NCBI GenBank assembly: GCA_024679065.1
Contig: JAGIQG010000009.1
Location: forward strand, 99,634,001 to 99,698,000
DNA from: Sphyrna mokarran
Lineage: Eukaryota
Direction of reading: 5' to 3'
DNA length: 64,000 nt
Part shown: one piece after another, positions 12,501 to 27,500 of the stretch
Position numbering within the stretch: position 1 is the first letter of the stretch
Layout of the letters: each line of letters starts with the position of its first letter
The notes under the pieces: generated by a model
What the model saw: only the letters and a program-made list of their open reading frames with translations
The model's database searches: none
Told to the model about the DNA's origin: nothing
Made by a program: the position numbers and the translations under genes

Positions 12501-15500
12501 AGCGAATGAGAGGTCCCCTTAACCCGCGCGCCAATTGAAATGGAAATTAGGCGCTTTTTAAAACTTTTGCAAATTTGTGCGTTTTTTCTTGTTGCTTAAC
12601 TTCACTCCCGTTGCTGAACTCCGATCCGTTGCTTAATGATATGATTAATGCAATCTGTTTTGATGCTTACTGCAGTCAATGAGAGATTTCGCCACATCCC
12701 TTAATTCTGGAAGAGAAACGCCAGATAATTGGTCCACTACAGTTTTTAATTTGCATTGCAGAAGTTGAAAAGCAGCGCATTATTCGGCGTAACGATTATA
12801 TGGTTTGGTAATGGTAATACAGGTGCAGAATTCAAGAACGTAACAGGGAATTTAGCACAACCATTCATTATGATACGTTTCATTACAATGCATGCCAGTC
12901 ATGCATCCATATATTGTCTGCGCCATGTTAACGTGCAACATTTTAGCAGTAATTTGCCTGTCTCTCTCCTTAAATATTGACCATCTTGTTTTGTGCCAAA
13001 TTTTATTTAAGGGATTTCGCTTTCCGCTTTAGTGTTTATTTTGAAAGAGAAATTTGTCCCACAGCATAGTTCAACAGTTTATGAATTTGTATTGACATTA
13101 TTAACGGAAGATAATTTGTAAGAAGAAATATACTTCTTTCATTTAACCGTTTATAATATTATGTATAAACATTTGTTAAGAAATACCATCCGAAAGTATT
13201 CAAAGTATCTGAATGCCTTGCCCAATAATGGTGAAAATATATCCAGTTAATAATTTTCAGTGGAAATAAGGCAAATTTATTTTCCTAACAATCATTTGGA
13301 TTTCTGTCAAAAACGAGACAACAAATGATGGACTATGTATTCAAGTTATGTCCGTATTCAAATGATATTCAAAAGTTACACTGGTTTGAAGAACTGTTGG
13401 CAGTCACGTTCGGTGTCAATTTCTTTGTGTTGGCGATGGCAATGATCAAGTCAATGTCTGGTGAAAGACGTTTGAATGCAGTCATCATTATGGTTGGAAA
13501 ATAAAACTCTCACGATAAGGAAATTATCGGAGTGGCCATTATGTGAGTCTTTGAAATCATAAAGGGAAACAATTACATTGTCGAATGTTCCAATTGAAGT
13601 CAATTTTCGATTCGTATCCGTTCTTTTTATGGCATAGAATTTTGTGAAATTATTGTGTCCACCTTTGGCTATAGAAGACTCCTGCATCGATTATTTTTCA
13701 TCTATCTCTCCCATATGAGCTGCCATACTGAACCTACGATTTCTAACTTCTATATGCCGAGTAGGAGCGCAAATGAATTCTGCGACTTCATTCACAGGTA
13801 GGTGACAATGATTATTGATTTAAAAAAGGCAGCATTATGGACAAACATCTCCATACAAATAATACCCCATCAATATTATATGCACGAGTTGTGAGATATT
13901 CACCTTGCTGATTTCCGGTAATGTCTTTCGCTGAAAATGCAGAATCAAGTGGTAAATAATACGACAATTTTAATGCCCATTTTCACGAATTCGCTGCATG
14001 GTGTCAAGATCTTAAGTTTGGAATCAGAATTAAGGATACAATTATAATGAATTTTGGGATTGAACCTTACTTTTTTACTCTCTTAACGCACTGTTGTTTG
14101 CTATTTTACAGTCATCAATGTAAACATGAGTATTGCTAATGGCCACATTATTTTCAAACAGTAACATTTATAGGCAGTTTTTCTTTCAAACATTGCAGTG
14201 AGAAAATGCTGAGCAAAGCATTTGAGATAAGTTTGAGGAGTTTGGCGAAAGTGAGTTTTATGCAAATACGTGAAATCTGCAAATCCATGGCAGATAGGTG
14301 TGCTTTACGAAAGTAGATATCTTCCCTCTGTTGTAAGTCTCGAGCTGAACGCTACTTTTTTTTATTTCACTCTCCTTGATTTCTTACCATATTTTTGATT
14401 TTATACTTTCGTTGCTATCTTTTATGTTCCCGTAATTAACCTCTCCATCCGTGAAACAGTTTCTTCATCTCCATTTGAAAGAAAATTTCAGAATTTCAAA
14501 GGCGTCAACTGAATGTGTTATTAGTATTATCAGCTTATTAACTATTCTTAACAGTCACAGTCCCTCAATGATGGCCATATCTCACAGCAAGATAGCTTTC
14601 CAAATTGGCCGTTCGAACAATGATAAAGGCAATAGTCACTGTCACTCGATTCGGTGAAATGAAAAATGCAACTGAGATACTTACATTATGTCTAATCAGT
14701 CTACGTTTTCTATCAGAACATAAATCTAATCCCCATTGCACTGTCGCCTAAAGCTATTCAATTGGCTAAGCATCGTAGTCATTGAACGGAATTTGAAGTA
14801 ATTATTGCATTGTTTAATGTTGATAGCATGTGAACTGGCATAACTGCAGGGCTTGCTAAAATTGGAATCCAATTTGATAATCTTTGTTTATGTTTCCAAA
14901 GAAAGGAAACGGTCATTGAGAAATATTAGAACACAAATGTGATGGACTGTAGAATTAGGTAGTTCTTTATTTAACCGAGAATGAGCTTGAAAATGAGCTG
15001 TATTTAACGAACTAATCTGGTATTAATCTATTGATTAAAGTCATAGTGGTTTCGGATATTCTCAAACATCCAAACAATCATATTATTGACACACCTTGTC
15101 GTATTTTGGTATTTCGAATGTACAGGAAGTAGATGAATAATACCGAGATACTTTGTATCCCTGCAGTTGCTTTACGGAGACCATCAAGCAATGGGTTTGG
15201 GTGCGTACTGCAGGAAAGGTGCAGAGCCATACTCAATACTAGATACTGGGAGCCAATTATAAAGGAACAGCCAACCAGTCCGAGCCGCAGAATAAAAGCT
15301 CTTCAATTAAGGTGAAAACGAAACAGATAGCAAAAGATTTGCATTCAATACAACTCAGAGACATGAATGCAGACATAATGTGCAGACTGCATCGTCACAA
15401 CATTTGCAAAGAATAGGATGGGGCCTAAATAGGCATAGTATTTGATAAAAAACTGATTTTCGTCAATACACATAAGTTGAAATAACTGGCTGACAATTGG

Positions 15501-18500
15501 GTCTGGACGTGTTTTAATTTGAGAAGGCTGTAGAGAGATTCTTTCTTGAAACACTGTAGCCCACGTGTAACAGGAGGAACTATTAGTGCTATTAAGAGTA
15601 GAGGTAAAAAGTTGTAAATTCAGCGACGGAGATGGACATGCCTCCAAGTCACGATGGTGTGTTATTTGGAGGAAACGGTGCAGGTTTCCTTTTTCCCCAC
15701 CTCCTACCGTAATTATTTTTTAAATTGATATGAATAGCTGTTTAGAAGGAGATTTTGCCAATTTTTGTAGTGCCCATTATAAATATACAGCCGTTACTAA
15801 CGTGAATTAAGGGTAAAGTTTACGTTATTGAATGGATGCAGACCAAGTGGCTTGCTTCGCACCAGGTAGTTTTCGGCTTCCTGAGTGAAGTAGGAATCAC
15901 AGTCATTCAACAAATTGGAAAAAAAAAATCCATGAGGGCCCTTAATTTTGCTTTGTGAATAGTTAACGGGCGTTGGAGAGTGAGGGGGGTGGGTTCTTTG
16001 CTTTCGAATTTACAACTTTTGTACAGTCGTATCCGGAATTTCCTCAGGTCTTGCTGCATTTTGACATGTTCTACTGCAGTACCTATGGTATTGCCTGTGG
16101 TACTAACAAGTTGCAGTAATTTGCCAATATCCCACTTATAACATTGTGATGAAATGAAGCAACTGAAGATGACAACACCATAGACGGTACCATGGAACTA
16201 CCGTTGTGCCGTTCTGGAGTCAACATGATTGACGTCCAACAACCATATCACCTTCATTTTGTATTACACAAGATTACAAGTGCGAACTTTCCCACTGATT
16301 CGCATTGACTTCACTTTCGCTACGGAACATTGGTGCCACAATTAACGAAATGGTGTCTTGATGTAAGTGTTGATTAACTTATTTCAACTTATGTTTCCAG
16401 CTTCTTTTCCAAGCTTGAACCCGGGGTGTGATGAGGTCAGGAACGGAGAGTCTTGGTGAAACCCAAAGTGAGTGGCAGTGATAACATTACTGTTATGTAC
16501 GTGCCGCTTGATAACCGTATCAATATCACATCTATCACTTTAATGATGATCGACTATAGTCTGTTGAAACAGTGGTTTACCAGAGGGGAAGTGAATTGCG
16601 TTTTATGGACAACATCTTTCTGGAAGACTTTTTAAATTATCAGAGAAATCCCTGCTGGAGCTTATCGCGGTCTACAGGTGGGTTTCGAATACGATTATTC
16701 ATAATAATTGGATTAATGTTATTTAGATCCACAACATTTGCATGATCCAATCCCTGAATTGGATACCAAGCGGGGAGAATTTACTTTGCTGCGTTTAGCT
16801 TTTAAGATGTAGGAGCACTTATTGGGAGGCACATGCGCGTTGCCCATTCTGTGTTGCAATATTTTGGTATCGTTCTTATGCACAGATTTGCTCGACTCTA
16901 GCAAGTTGATATTTATGAAGCCTTCTTCCATGGGTTGTCGTTTAATCGTCCATGACCATTCACTTAGGAGGGTGAAGGACGGCAGATTTCTGTTCTTTTG
17001 AATAGTTTTGGATGTATTCGCTATTTCTATCACATGCGGCATTTTATATTTGGCATGAACACCATTTTGTGTTATGGCTTCACAAGTTGAGACTCCGTTT
17101 TTAGTTTTGATGGTGATGTTGATGACTTACCTCCCTGTGCTGCGTGACAGCAGTTTTCGAGTGCATGGTTGCAGATTTTGCGCCACAACGAGATGGGCCG
17201 CTTTGTTCTAATTAGTGTCAAGTTTCTTGGGTGTCGTTAATGGCCACTCGTCTACAAAGTTCAGAATATACTACCACACTTAACGATTACAGTTCAGAAA
17301 GTCGATAGGTGAAATACTCGCCAATGCATTCCTCGCCGCCACGAATCCAGTGGCGAGGAAGTGATTTCTTCCTGTTGAACATTAACACGCAGACTTGAGG
17401 AGTTAATGACATATAGCAGTATATTTGGCTCTCTACTATTCAGAAACTTCAAAATGCAACGGCAGGCACAATGGTGCAGCCTTTGTGTCGAAGGACTGAA
17501 AGTCTTCAGAAGCATTCAATATATAGCATGGTGTGTTTCCTTTACTTACGACTGAATGCGAACATACAGCTACTTAAACGTAATTGCTACGTTCAAGTAT
17601 GTTTTTTTAAATTCATGAATATTACGTGGTTGATGTATTAACTTCGCAAATCTGTTTGTAATAGTTATTACTCAGAGGAAAACATACTGCAAGCTATCTG
17701 CCACGCAAGAGCTTACTCAATTACTGCCAAAGATTTACACAGCCTTAGGCACAAAGAATATTATGCTAGAAGAAAAAATACCAGGATTTTTCTGATACAA
17801 TAAAGTTTTATGAATGTTGAAGGCTCCCAGGGCAATCGCCTCATTACTGCTCACAACGTGCTCTCAAAGTGCTACACTCTATGTTTGATGATAAAATAGT
17901 TCAATACAAATGCCAAAGCTTTAATCATAAGCTCAGTTCAGTTGATACTACTGTGCTCCGTGATTGATATAAACGAAGTGACGATCGCGAATGATGCAGC
18001 CAAGATCCATACCCATTTCATTTTGTGGTACGGTATCCAAATCTATTCATCTAAGTTAACTAAGTGAATTATCCAATTCTGCTCCTCAGCAAACTTACTA
18101 TTGGCACGCGCACTGCCTTTAAAATAAAGCCATTGATTTCGTTCGAATTCCAGACCTAGTAATAACATTTATTTTGAATCAAATTAAAGGCAAAGACAAG
18201 CTTTGAAAGGAAGAAAGGACATGTGGTCAGAATTTTAGGAGGCAAAAACAGTGATTTGCTTCTGAATTGTGATTGCAAGATGTTGATTCTGGCAACAAAG
18301 TGATTTGGACCATATGGAGGGTTCGGTCATATTCAGCAAAATAATTTCCAGAAGTCATAATTGTGTATTAGCTGATCGTGTATCAAGCTCAGTTGAGATC
18401 AAATTCTACCAAACAACCAACTGGGGAACTTCGTCACAACAGAAATCGACCAATTACTGTAAAGATGATGTTATGCTATTACACAACAATGAAAGAGCGA

Positions 18501-21500
18501 GAGACAACTGGAACTAAGGTCAAAGGATTTCCAGAAGAATGAAATAGGTGCTCAGATAACTAACTGTTTTTATTTTGAGTTGCACGTGTTTGCTTTCTTT
18601 AGAATAGGACAGTAGCTGAATGCAAAATTGGTAAGGTAACCACAGCATGTTTTTTTTAATGGCTTAAGTTATTTGGCTAAAATCCATTATTGCAAATACA
18701 ATTCATAGGATGAAACCACGGTTAGTGAAGTGAAAACGGAACATATATCGTACGGCAAATGATTGGCTGTTACGGGATCGTGATCACCAGCATGAATCCC
18801 AGCAATCACATCTGTATTAAATGACGTAAGCTTGAGGAACATATCTTTAGGATTGATGAATTGCACATCAATTCGGAAAAGATAAACAACTATACAGAGT
18901 GCTAGTGAGGCCGCAGCTGGCGAACTGTGTGCAGTTTTGGTCGCCGCATTTGCGGAAGGATATGTTGGCCTTGAAGGGAGTGCAGAGAAGGTTCACTAGG
19001 CTGATACCAGAGATGAGGGGGTTACTCTATGAGGAGAGATTGAGTAGAGTTGGTTTATACTCGTTGGAGTTGAGAAGTTTGAGGGGGGAATCTTATAGAG
19101 ACATATAAGGTAATGAAGGGGATGGATAGGGTAGAGGTAGAGACTTTCTTCCCGCTTATAACGGATAGCAATACAGCCTCAAAATAAGAGGGGGGCGGTT
19201 TAGATCAGAGTTGAGGAGAAACTTCTTCACTCAAAGGGTGGTGAATCTTTGGAATTATCTGCCAGTTGAAGTATTGGAGGCTACCTCGCTGAATATATTT
19301 AAGTCACGGATAGGTAGGTTTCTAATAAGCAAGGGAATTAAGGGTCATGGGGATAAAGCGGGGAAGTGGAACTGATCCACTTCAGGTCAGCCATAATCTT
19401 ACTGAATAGCGCGGGAAGCTCGAGGAGCTAGATGGCCTACTCCTGCTCCTATTTCTTATGTTCTTATGTTTTGGGATTATCAACCACTCGGACCTAAATT
19501 AAAGAATCGGAACTCAACGGTTATAATCCCTGTATTACTAACAGACTTATGTGTGTATTGCCTTAATGGTGAGATAATTAGGGAATGACACACGTGGCTA
19601 AAGGAGTGGGAAAGGGGCTTCCATTTCACGTGGCTTTAACATCAATATTGGAACAGGAGGAATTCATATCGATGGGACGATCTTCATCTGAACTGATCTG
19701 GGGTCAGTATTCTAGCGAAAAGGATAATTAGCGTAGTTACAAGGTCATTCAACTAACGAGTGGGGGTGGGGGGGCGTTGGGGGAAGAAAGAGTAAAACTG
19801 CGCGAAGCACAATGGTTAATGGGAAGCAAAGCAGTTTGTTGTCACATGAGGGGCAAGTTTCAACCACATTGAAAACTGGGAAAAAAAGTTAAATGGAACG
19901 AAAACTCATGAGATATTATGAATGCCGGTGCTAAATTCCAAAAGAAGATAGAAACAAACCTAGCATATGGGCACTTAATTTGAATGCTCAGAGGATTCGA
20001 AGGAAGGTAAATGAGTCGCCGACAGAACTCATTGCAAATGAATACGATTTAGTGACCACGAGAGACACGGTTGCAGTACACTCACGATTGGGAATTAAAT
20101 ATACAGGGGTATCACACTACTCGGGAGGACAGAGAGGACGTTAAGGGAGGAAGTGGAACTCTGATAGTTAAGGATGATAGCAGTTCAGCAGGGAAAACTG
20201 ACATAAATTGTATGGAAAAAAGATTTGGGTGGAAATTAGAAATCGTAAGCTGAAAAAGTCACTGATAGGCATAATTTATAGGTCACAACATAATATCATC
20301 ACGGCGCAGGGAGCAATAATCAAAGTTAACTTGTAAAAATGGTATGTGATTATCATGGGGAATTTAATTTACATGTTGATTGGTCAAACCACATTGGACA
20401 GTGCGGCCTTGAGGAGGAGTTCGTAGAATGTATCCATGATTGCTTCATCAAAAAATATGTAATTCCACCTATGAGGGAGCAACCTACGAGGGAGCAGTCT
20501 ATTCTAGATCTGATCCAAGGTAATAAGAGAGGATTAATTAATTTTCTTATAGCTAGGGATCCTCACGGAAGGAGTGATCACAGTATGGTTGAATTAAAAA
20601 TGCGGAGGGAACGTGAGAGTGCAGAACCCAAAAGCAGTATCTTGCACTGAAAGAAAGGAGACTACAATTGTATGAGGGACGAGTTGTCTGCGAAGAGGCA
20701 TAAATAGTTTGTGAGTGGGCAATGTTCCAACAGATGGAGTACAACGTCGCTAAATGTGAGGTAATCCATTTTGGGACGAATATCACCAAAATAGACTACT
20801 TTCTAAATGGCATAAAATGCAGCATTCTATTGTACTGAGGATGCTGGGAGTCCTTGTGCATGAATTGCAAAGAATTGTTTCCACATGCTTCACATAATTA
20901 AAAATAAAGCAAATGGAATGTTGTCTTTCATTGTTTGACGGTTAAAAAAGGAGGTTATGGTGCAATTCTACAAGCTACTGGTGAAGGCATAAGCACCTTA
21001 CTATGTACAGTTTTGGTCCCATTGATCGAAAAATGACACATTGGCAGTGGAAGTGCTGCAAAGGAGATTGACTAGGTTGATCCCAAATTTGAGAGGGTTG
21101 GCGTATGAGCGAAGACTGAGTAGACTGGATTATGTTCATTGGAATTCAGCAGATAAAGGACGGTCTTAGAGAAAGAAAAATGATTATGAGGGAGTAAACA
21201 AGATAGAAGCAGGGAAGTTTCTTTTTCCCACTAGCGGCTAAAAATAAAACACACAAGTCACAGCCTCAAAAAAAAGGGGATGGGGGGGGGGGAGCAGATT
21301 TAGGACAGAGTTGAATGACTTCATCACCTACAGGCTTGTGAATGTGTACAATTCCCTGCCCAGTGAAGCAGTTGAAGTTATCTGTTTGAATGTTATTAAG
21401 GCAAAGATGGATAGAATTTTGAATAGTAAAGGAATTAATATTAATGGTGAGTCAGCGGGTACTTGGAGCTGATTACACGGAAAGATCAGCCATGATCTCA

Positions 21501-24500
21501 ATGAGCAGGAGAACATGGTAAAGGGGTTAGAAGGCCTTACCCTGCTCCTATGTTCTTAGGTTCCAAAGATAGGCAATAGGGCAAGTGATGAGATTTGAAG
21601 TTATTAGAAGTCTAATGATGACCACGGTGAGCATGAAAACGCTGTTGATTGTTCCAAAGCAATCTGGTTCATTAATGCCCTTTCGTGGAAGGGCATATCT
21701 CATCCTTGTCTACTTTACATGTTATGTCTATGCTCTGCAAATTGTGTAATTGTAAAATAGCCAAAGAAACCAAACAGTTCAAGGGCAGCTTTTGAGTGGC
21801 AACAAATAATGGCCGAACGAAACCAAATGTCGCAAGTTAATAAGACAAAAGGTTTGTAAGGTGCAGGAATAGAATTCGCCCATTCGGCCCATAGATTTGG
21901 TTCTGCCATTCGATCATGGTCGATATCCTCTTCATACTCATTTTCCTGCTTTCTCCTCATGATCCTTAAACCCATTCAGAATTACAATTCTTTCTATCTC
22001 CTTCTTAAATTTGCTCTCTGTTCCACCATCTACCTGAATTTGGGGTAGCCAAATATTCAAAAACATTTGGAAAAAGTGCATTTCCCTCAACTTTGTTTAA
22101 AATTTGCTGTCTCTTATCCTAAGACTGTGGTCTCTTGTCGTAGAATGTCCCAGATGAAGAAGCTTCCTTTTTTATCTATACCTTGTACCATTGTACATAG
22201 ACCAATTTGATCTCCCCTCATTCTTAAATTTAGACAATACAGGCCTAAACTGTTTACTCTCTCTTCACATGGTAAGCTCCTCATCTCCAGAATCAATCTA
22301 GTGATACTCACCTGAACTGTCTCCAATGATATTAATCTTTCCTCAAATAAAGGAACCAAAACAATAGTCCAGGTGTTGTCACAGCGTGCCTTGTATAGTT
22401 GAAACAATGCTTCCTTGCCTTTATATTCTATTAGTTTAGATATAACTGCCAACATTCTACTCGCTTACTTTAGTATCTGCTGTAGCTGCACGATCATTTT
22501 CTGTGACTCATGATGAGGGCACCACATCCCTCTGCATCAGGGCATTCAAAATTTCCCCCCATTTAGATAATAAGTCGCCTTCCCGTTTTTTTTTCGAGCA
22601 AAATGCAACAGAACAAATCATTACTTAGTTTCTGCCTTTCGAGCAATTTCTCCACTGCATAAAGCAGTTGGATTTGGAAATTTATATTGCTTAAGTTCTG
22701 TTGCAGAGACTTTTCATCTGCGAGAAGGTGAAAAGCTGTGGGGCAGGTACAAACGTGGGATTAAGCCTACTAGGAATTATTCCACGAATTCATTCAAGAG
22801 CAAAAATGAACTGTATTCATAGTGGCTTGTAGTCTCCTGCCTCGTGCGATTGAATTGTTTGAATGTTTGTGCACATGGGTGCGCGCGTGTATTTGTTTCA
22901 ATGCATCTGTTGGCATTGGCAATCTTGATCGTGGGGAATCATGGATTATGAGAACTCTCGTCACACAGTCCACCAAAAAAAAATGAGGCAGAAATTATCT
23001 TTCACAATTTCCGAAATAAATTTGGAGATTGACCTCTCTGTTGCCTTAAAGAATTCTACGTTGATTTTTTATTCAGGTGGGTTCAACGCCATTGACCTAA
23101 AAATTTGTGTCAGAAGAGCGTTCTGCTTATGAATGATTTGAACACCGGAAAATTAGATGGCATTAAGGTTACAGCCGATGAAATATTGACAATAATAAAT
23201 TTGCACAGTGGGACAGTTCTTGAAGCCTCATTCACATCCTTCCCTGAACTACAAAACTATCTTTACCTCTAGCAAAATTCACCGATGTGAATGCAACTAA
23301 CAGGAACGAGTTTGAAAAAAAAACACGATGGGTGATATCGTTATACATTAGTTCAATTATCTGCAAACATTAATGTTGCATGGTGATAAATCACGGACGA
23401 ATTAAAATTTATTAGACATGCGAATCGCTGAAATTATATTCTAAATAATTGGCAAATGGACGAGTACACACAACAGTTTTCCACAACCGCTAATAAATCT
23501 GAAGATTCCGTGCTCTTGAAGTATGGGTTCCACAAACCACTTTGCACACACTTGTACATTAAAGAAAACAAACGCAATACTAATTATATTTGAGTGGCAT
23601 ATGGTGTACTCAATGGAAATTTTACAGGCATAACAGAATCGCAGCAAAGTTACATAAAATTCTCATGAAACTATGTTATACGTTGCTGCCTATCAGCTGC
23701 GAGATACCAATGCATTTCTTATTTCTACACAAAACTTATAATCTATGACCATGATCTTAATATTGTCTGCTTCAAAATCGGTTAATGCTAACCTTTGGAC
23801 GCATGCAGATCTCTAATTTCTGTGGATTCATAATTTAAAAAAAATCTGTTATAAAACTTCCAGCTGCAATCCACCATCTGCAATAAAACAATTGTTTTCT
23901 TGTATACTTAAAATTCTTGAACAGCATACCTGCCCTCAATTGAGCTATTCTGTCATCTATATGATAAAGAATTCCATTGTTAATGAGTGACAATTGTTCA
24001 TATCGAGGAAGGCAACAGAACAAGCTATTAATGCATTGTGCTTTATTTCAAGAAAGTACAACATTGAGGGATAGCTATTCATTTGTTCATATCCCACAGC
24101 AATCAATTGGCAATTGATAGCCGATTTGTCAAGGTTGATTTGAAACGAAACTGCATGTTTACTGCCCCCTGATACATTTTCTATGGCAAAGCCCCTACCG
24201 GTCTTATCCAAATTACCAATCGATACCTATGATGCAGTTCAACTGTCTCAGACATTTGATAAACTTGCAATCAATCGGGATGAGTTGATGACAAATGGCT
24301 TTGCCAGCGAATCTTTATTTTTAGGCAATTTCAGTCGCTTTTTAACAGGACTTTCATTCATACAGTTGTAAGCTTTCATATCTGAAAGGATAACCGTAGT
24401 TTAAAAAAAATCAGGTGGAAATGAGCCATTGCAGGCTGAAATCGCGGATTTGTAGATATTATTTTGACCTGTAGATTGAAAACCTTGACTGTGCTTTTAG

Positions 24501-27500
24501 TAGTTGTAGTAACGAAGGCATTATCATAGCTGGACATTCCTTGAACTAACAGCTAAGTTTGATTAGTTGAAGCAGTACTAAGTCTCACAAAACAGATTAA
24601 AGCCTAACAGGTTTGTTTGGTAGCATGAGCTTTCAAAGTGCTGCTCCTTCATCGGGTTGAACTTTAACCTGGTGTTGTGAGACTTCTTACTGTGCCTACA
24701 AATCTATCGATTTGCAACATTCTTTATCGGAACTGTACTGGATTAAATAGTAAAACAGCAGTTGTATTATACTATATGAGTTTCATTCACATTAATTCAC
24801 TCAAACTCATAAAATATCCCATGTTAGATTGGGGAAAAATATGGCATAGGAGTAACAGTGGCACTTCTTGAAAGAACATTTTTTTCCATCTTTTTGCTCT
24901 GTCCGTTAATCCACCTTCAAGAAGCAGTTGAAGTCCTTCACAATAAGTCCATCCACAGGTTAAATTTGGTCGGCCTTGCTATCATGTTGCTTCTGTATTG
25001 GTGCAAAATGAATCGAACTAACACATATAGTGAAATGACGTTTTTCTAATATTTTGATAATTTACACCGGGATCTTATCGAATTCCTCTTTCTTAAACGT
25101 ATGCCTATGGCGACTATAAAAATCAGCACAGTTTTAGAAGACGGCCATTGTTCCACGTTAATAAAATAATTAAAGTTCATTTCATTTTTGGCAATGATGC
25201 GAAGATATGATATTGAGAACGTTGAAGTGTATAATGGATAGTCAATTTAATCGTATCAATTTCATAGATTAGACCAGCATTAAAATTATTTATGTTATGT
25301 ATATATATATAACATGCAATAATAGTGGATGGTTAAATATTAAATGTTACTACTGAAAAATGCTGATTGAGATCTTTATTTTGTCCCGTAGTCTAATGCT
25401 AATTTCATAGAATCCATAGAATCATATAATGCAGAAGAGGCACTTTAGCCCATCGCGTCTGCATCAGCGTGCAAGTACCTGACCTCCCACCTAATCCCGT
25501 TTTTCAGCACTTGACCCGGAGCCTTGTGTGTTATCACGTAAATTGCTGTTCCAGGTGTTTACTACAGGATATGAAGCAACCCGCACTTCTCAACCTTTCA
25601 CGCAGTGCATTGCAGTTGGTAGCAACGCTATGGTTAAAGCGTTTTTCTTCATACCCACTTGCATTCAATTACTCAAGATCATTTTGACAGGTTACCTGCC
25701 ATATTCAGGTGAGCAGAAACATTAGTTCAATTGTACTGATATTGAGCATTTCAGAAATGTGATGATATATTTGTTGCATGGGCTATGTTTTAGCTTTAAC
25801 TCAGTTTTTCAAGGTGCCCAGTTCTCTACCCAACAGGCTGCAACCTACGCTGGATGCAAGCTAATTATTAAATTTGGGTATAAGTGTGTTTGTTTTAATC
25901 CGAATTAAGGTATTTTTGTTTGGTTTAGTATTTGCCTTGTGTTGTAGAGAAGAATTTCGATTTGATTTAGTGAGATTCACATGTTTAAGGGGAGAAATTA
26001 AGCTTACCGGGGAAAAAGATACAGTTACTGCCAGGTGCTGAACGGTGATGTTTGGGATGGGCTAAGAGACAAATTTTTCTCTCTGTCATTCTCTCAAGAG
26101 ACATTCCAGGTTCTTGAGGTCCGGCATCACACCAGGAAGCACGTACGCCAATGCATTTCTATCTGATATTGAAGAGGAGTTTAAATTTGTACGAACCATA
26201 TTGCGTGAATTAAACAAATATGGATTGTTCCGAAGTTAAGAACTGCATTATGTCATCTTCCGTTATGTCAGTTAGTAAGACTTATGCACATTTCCAAAAT
26301 CGTTTGACTATGTTGTTCAAAAATAAAGTTTATTTTGTTAACAGCCCCGTATGTCAACGACATCAGACCTTCTCCTCACACTTACACCAAAATAGAAAAT
26401 GAAAGCCTAAGTGGTAGGTTAACAAAATTGAGGCATTTTCCAAGATTATAAACTTCTCTTCCTTGTCTGCTTTGTGATTATCGACATCAAAAACAGTGGC
26501 TTTCAGTTATTTCTTTTGTTTTCTTTTCAGGTGTTTTATTTACTGAGTTTGGATCGGGGGTTTCTTGTGGAAAAATAGCTTTCAATGGCTAAGGTTTTGT
26601 TGGCTTTAGACGAGGTCACTCGGCGTGGTTTTCAAAAGATTCTTAAAACCAAGTTTTTGGAATTGACAAACAAGTTGCTGTTGTCTATACCTGCTAGGCA
26701 CAACAAAGGTAAAGATTAATTCAGTTACTGTTCAGCATCCAAGTTTGCCAGAAATATAGTCCGTATTGAAATTGTCTAAAATTCAGTTACAAACTTGATG
26801 TCGGAATAAAAGGAAAATAATGAATTACTCTAATGGAACAAATAGAGAGAAAAAGTAACAAAAGCAAGAGAGGAAGACAGAGAGAGAGAAAATCATAATG
26901 GAACAAAGGTAACATAATAAAGAAATTTGAGGAGGGTAATTAAATAAATCAGTTTGAGTTTCAAATAAAAACAAACGAGAGGGAGAAGGGGAACTGCTTG
27001 AGCTTCGGGAACTGGAGCTGAAAAGCGAAAGACGACTTAAACTGGCTGATTTAAAAACACTAACTAGTTGTGAGGAATGTCAGGAAGAATGAATCCATCA
27101 TAGACAAACGCCAAATTGGGAACTGTTTATAGAAGTTCAGGAGGTGCCAAGTCTTGCAAACGAAGAGGTGGCAGGTTTTATTTTGTATCAGTTGAGCAAG
27201 TAGCTAAATAAGTTAATTGTCACGGTATTCCTGGTTGAAAACGAGATAGGAGGGAGATCCGGTGAGTCGTCTGCCTCACGACAAGAGGAGGAATGTAAGG
27301 CTTTTGATCAAGTGAAAAATACAGTCTTAAACTGAATATCAATTAGTGTCGAAAGGCCTGAAGTTTACGTACCTGAGCAACGAACAGAATCAAAGTTTTT
27401 TTACAATTTGAAAGCAAAGTAAATTTGACAAGTGAATAAAAAACATTCAGGATAGAACAGACATGTGGCAATCTGAGCGAATCTGTTATCCTGAAGGAGT

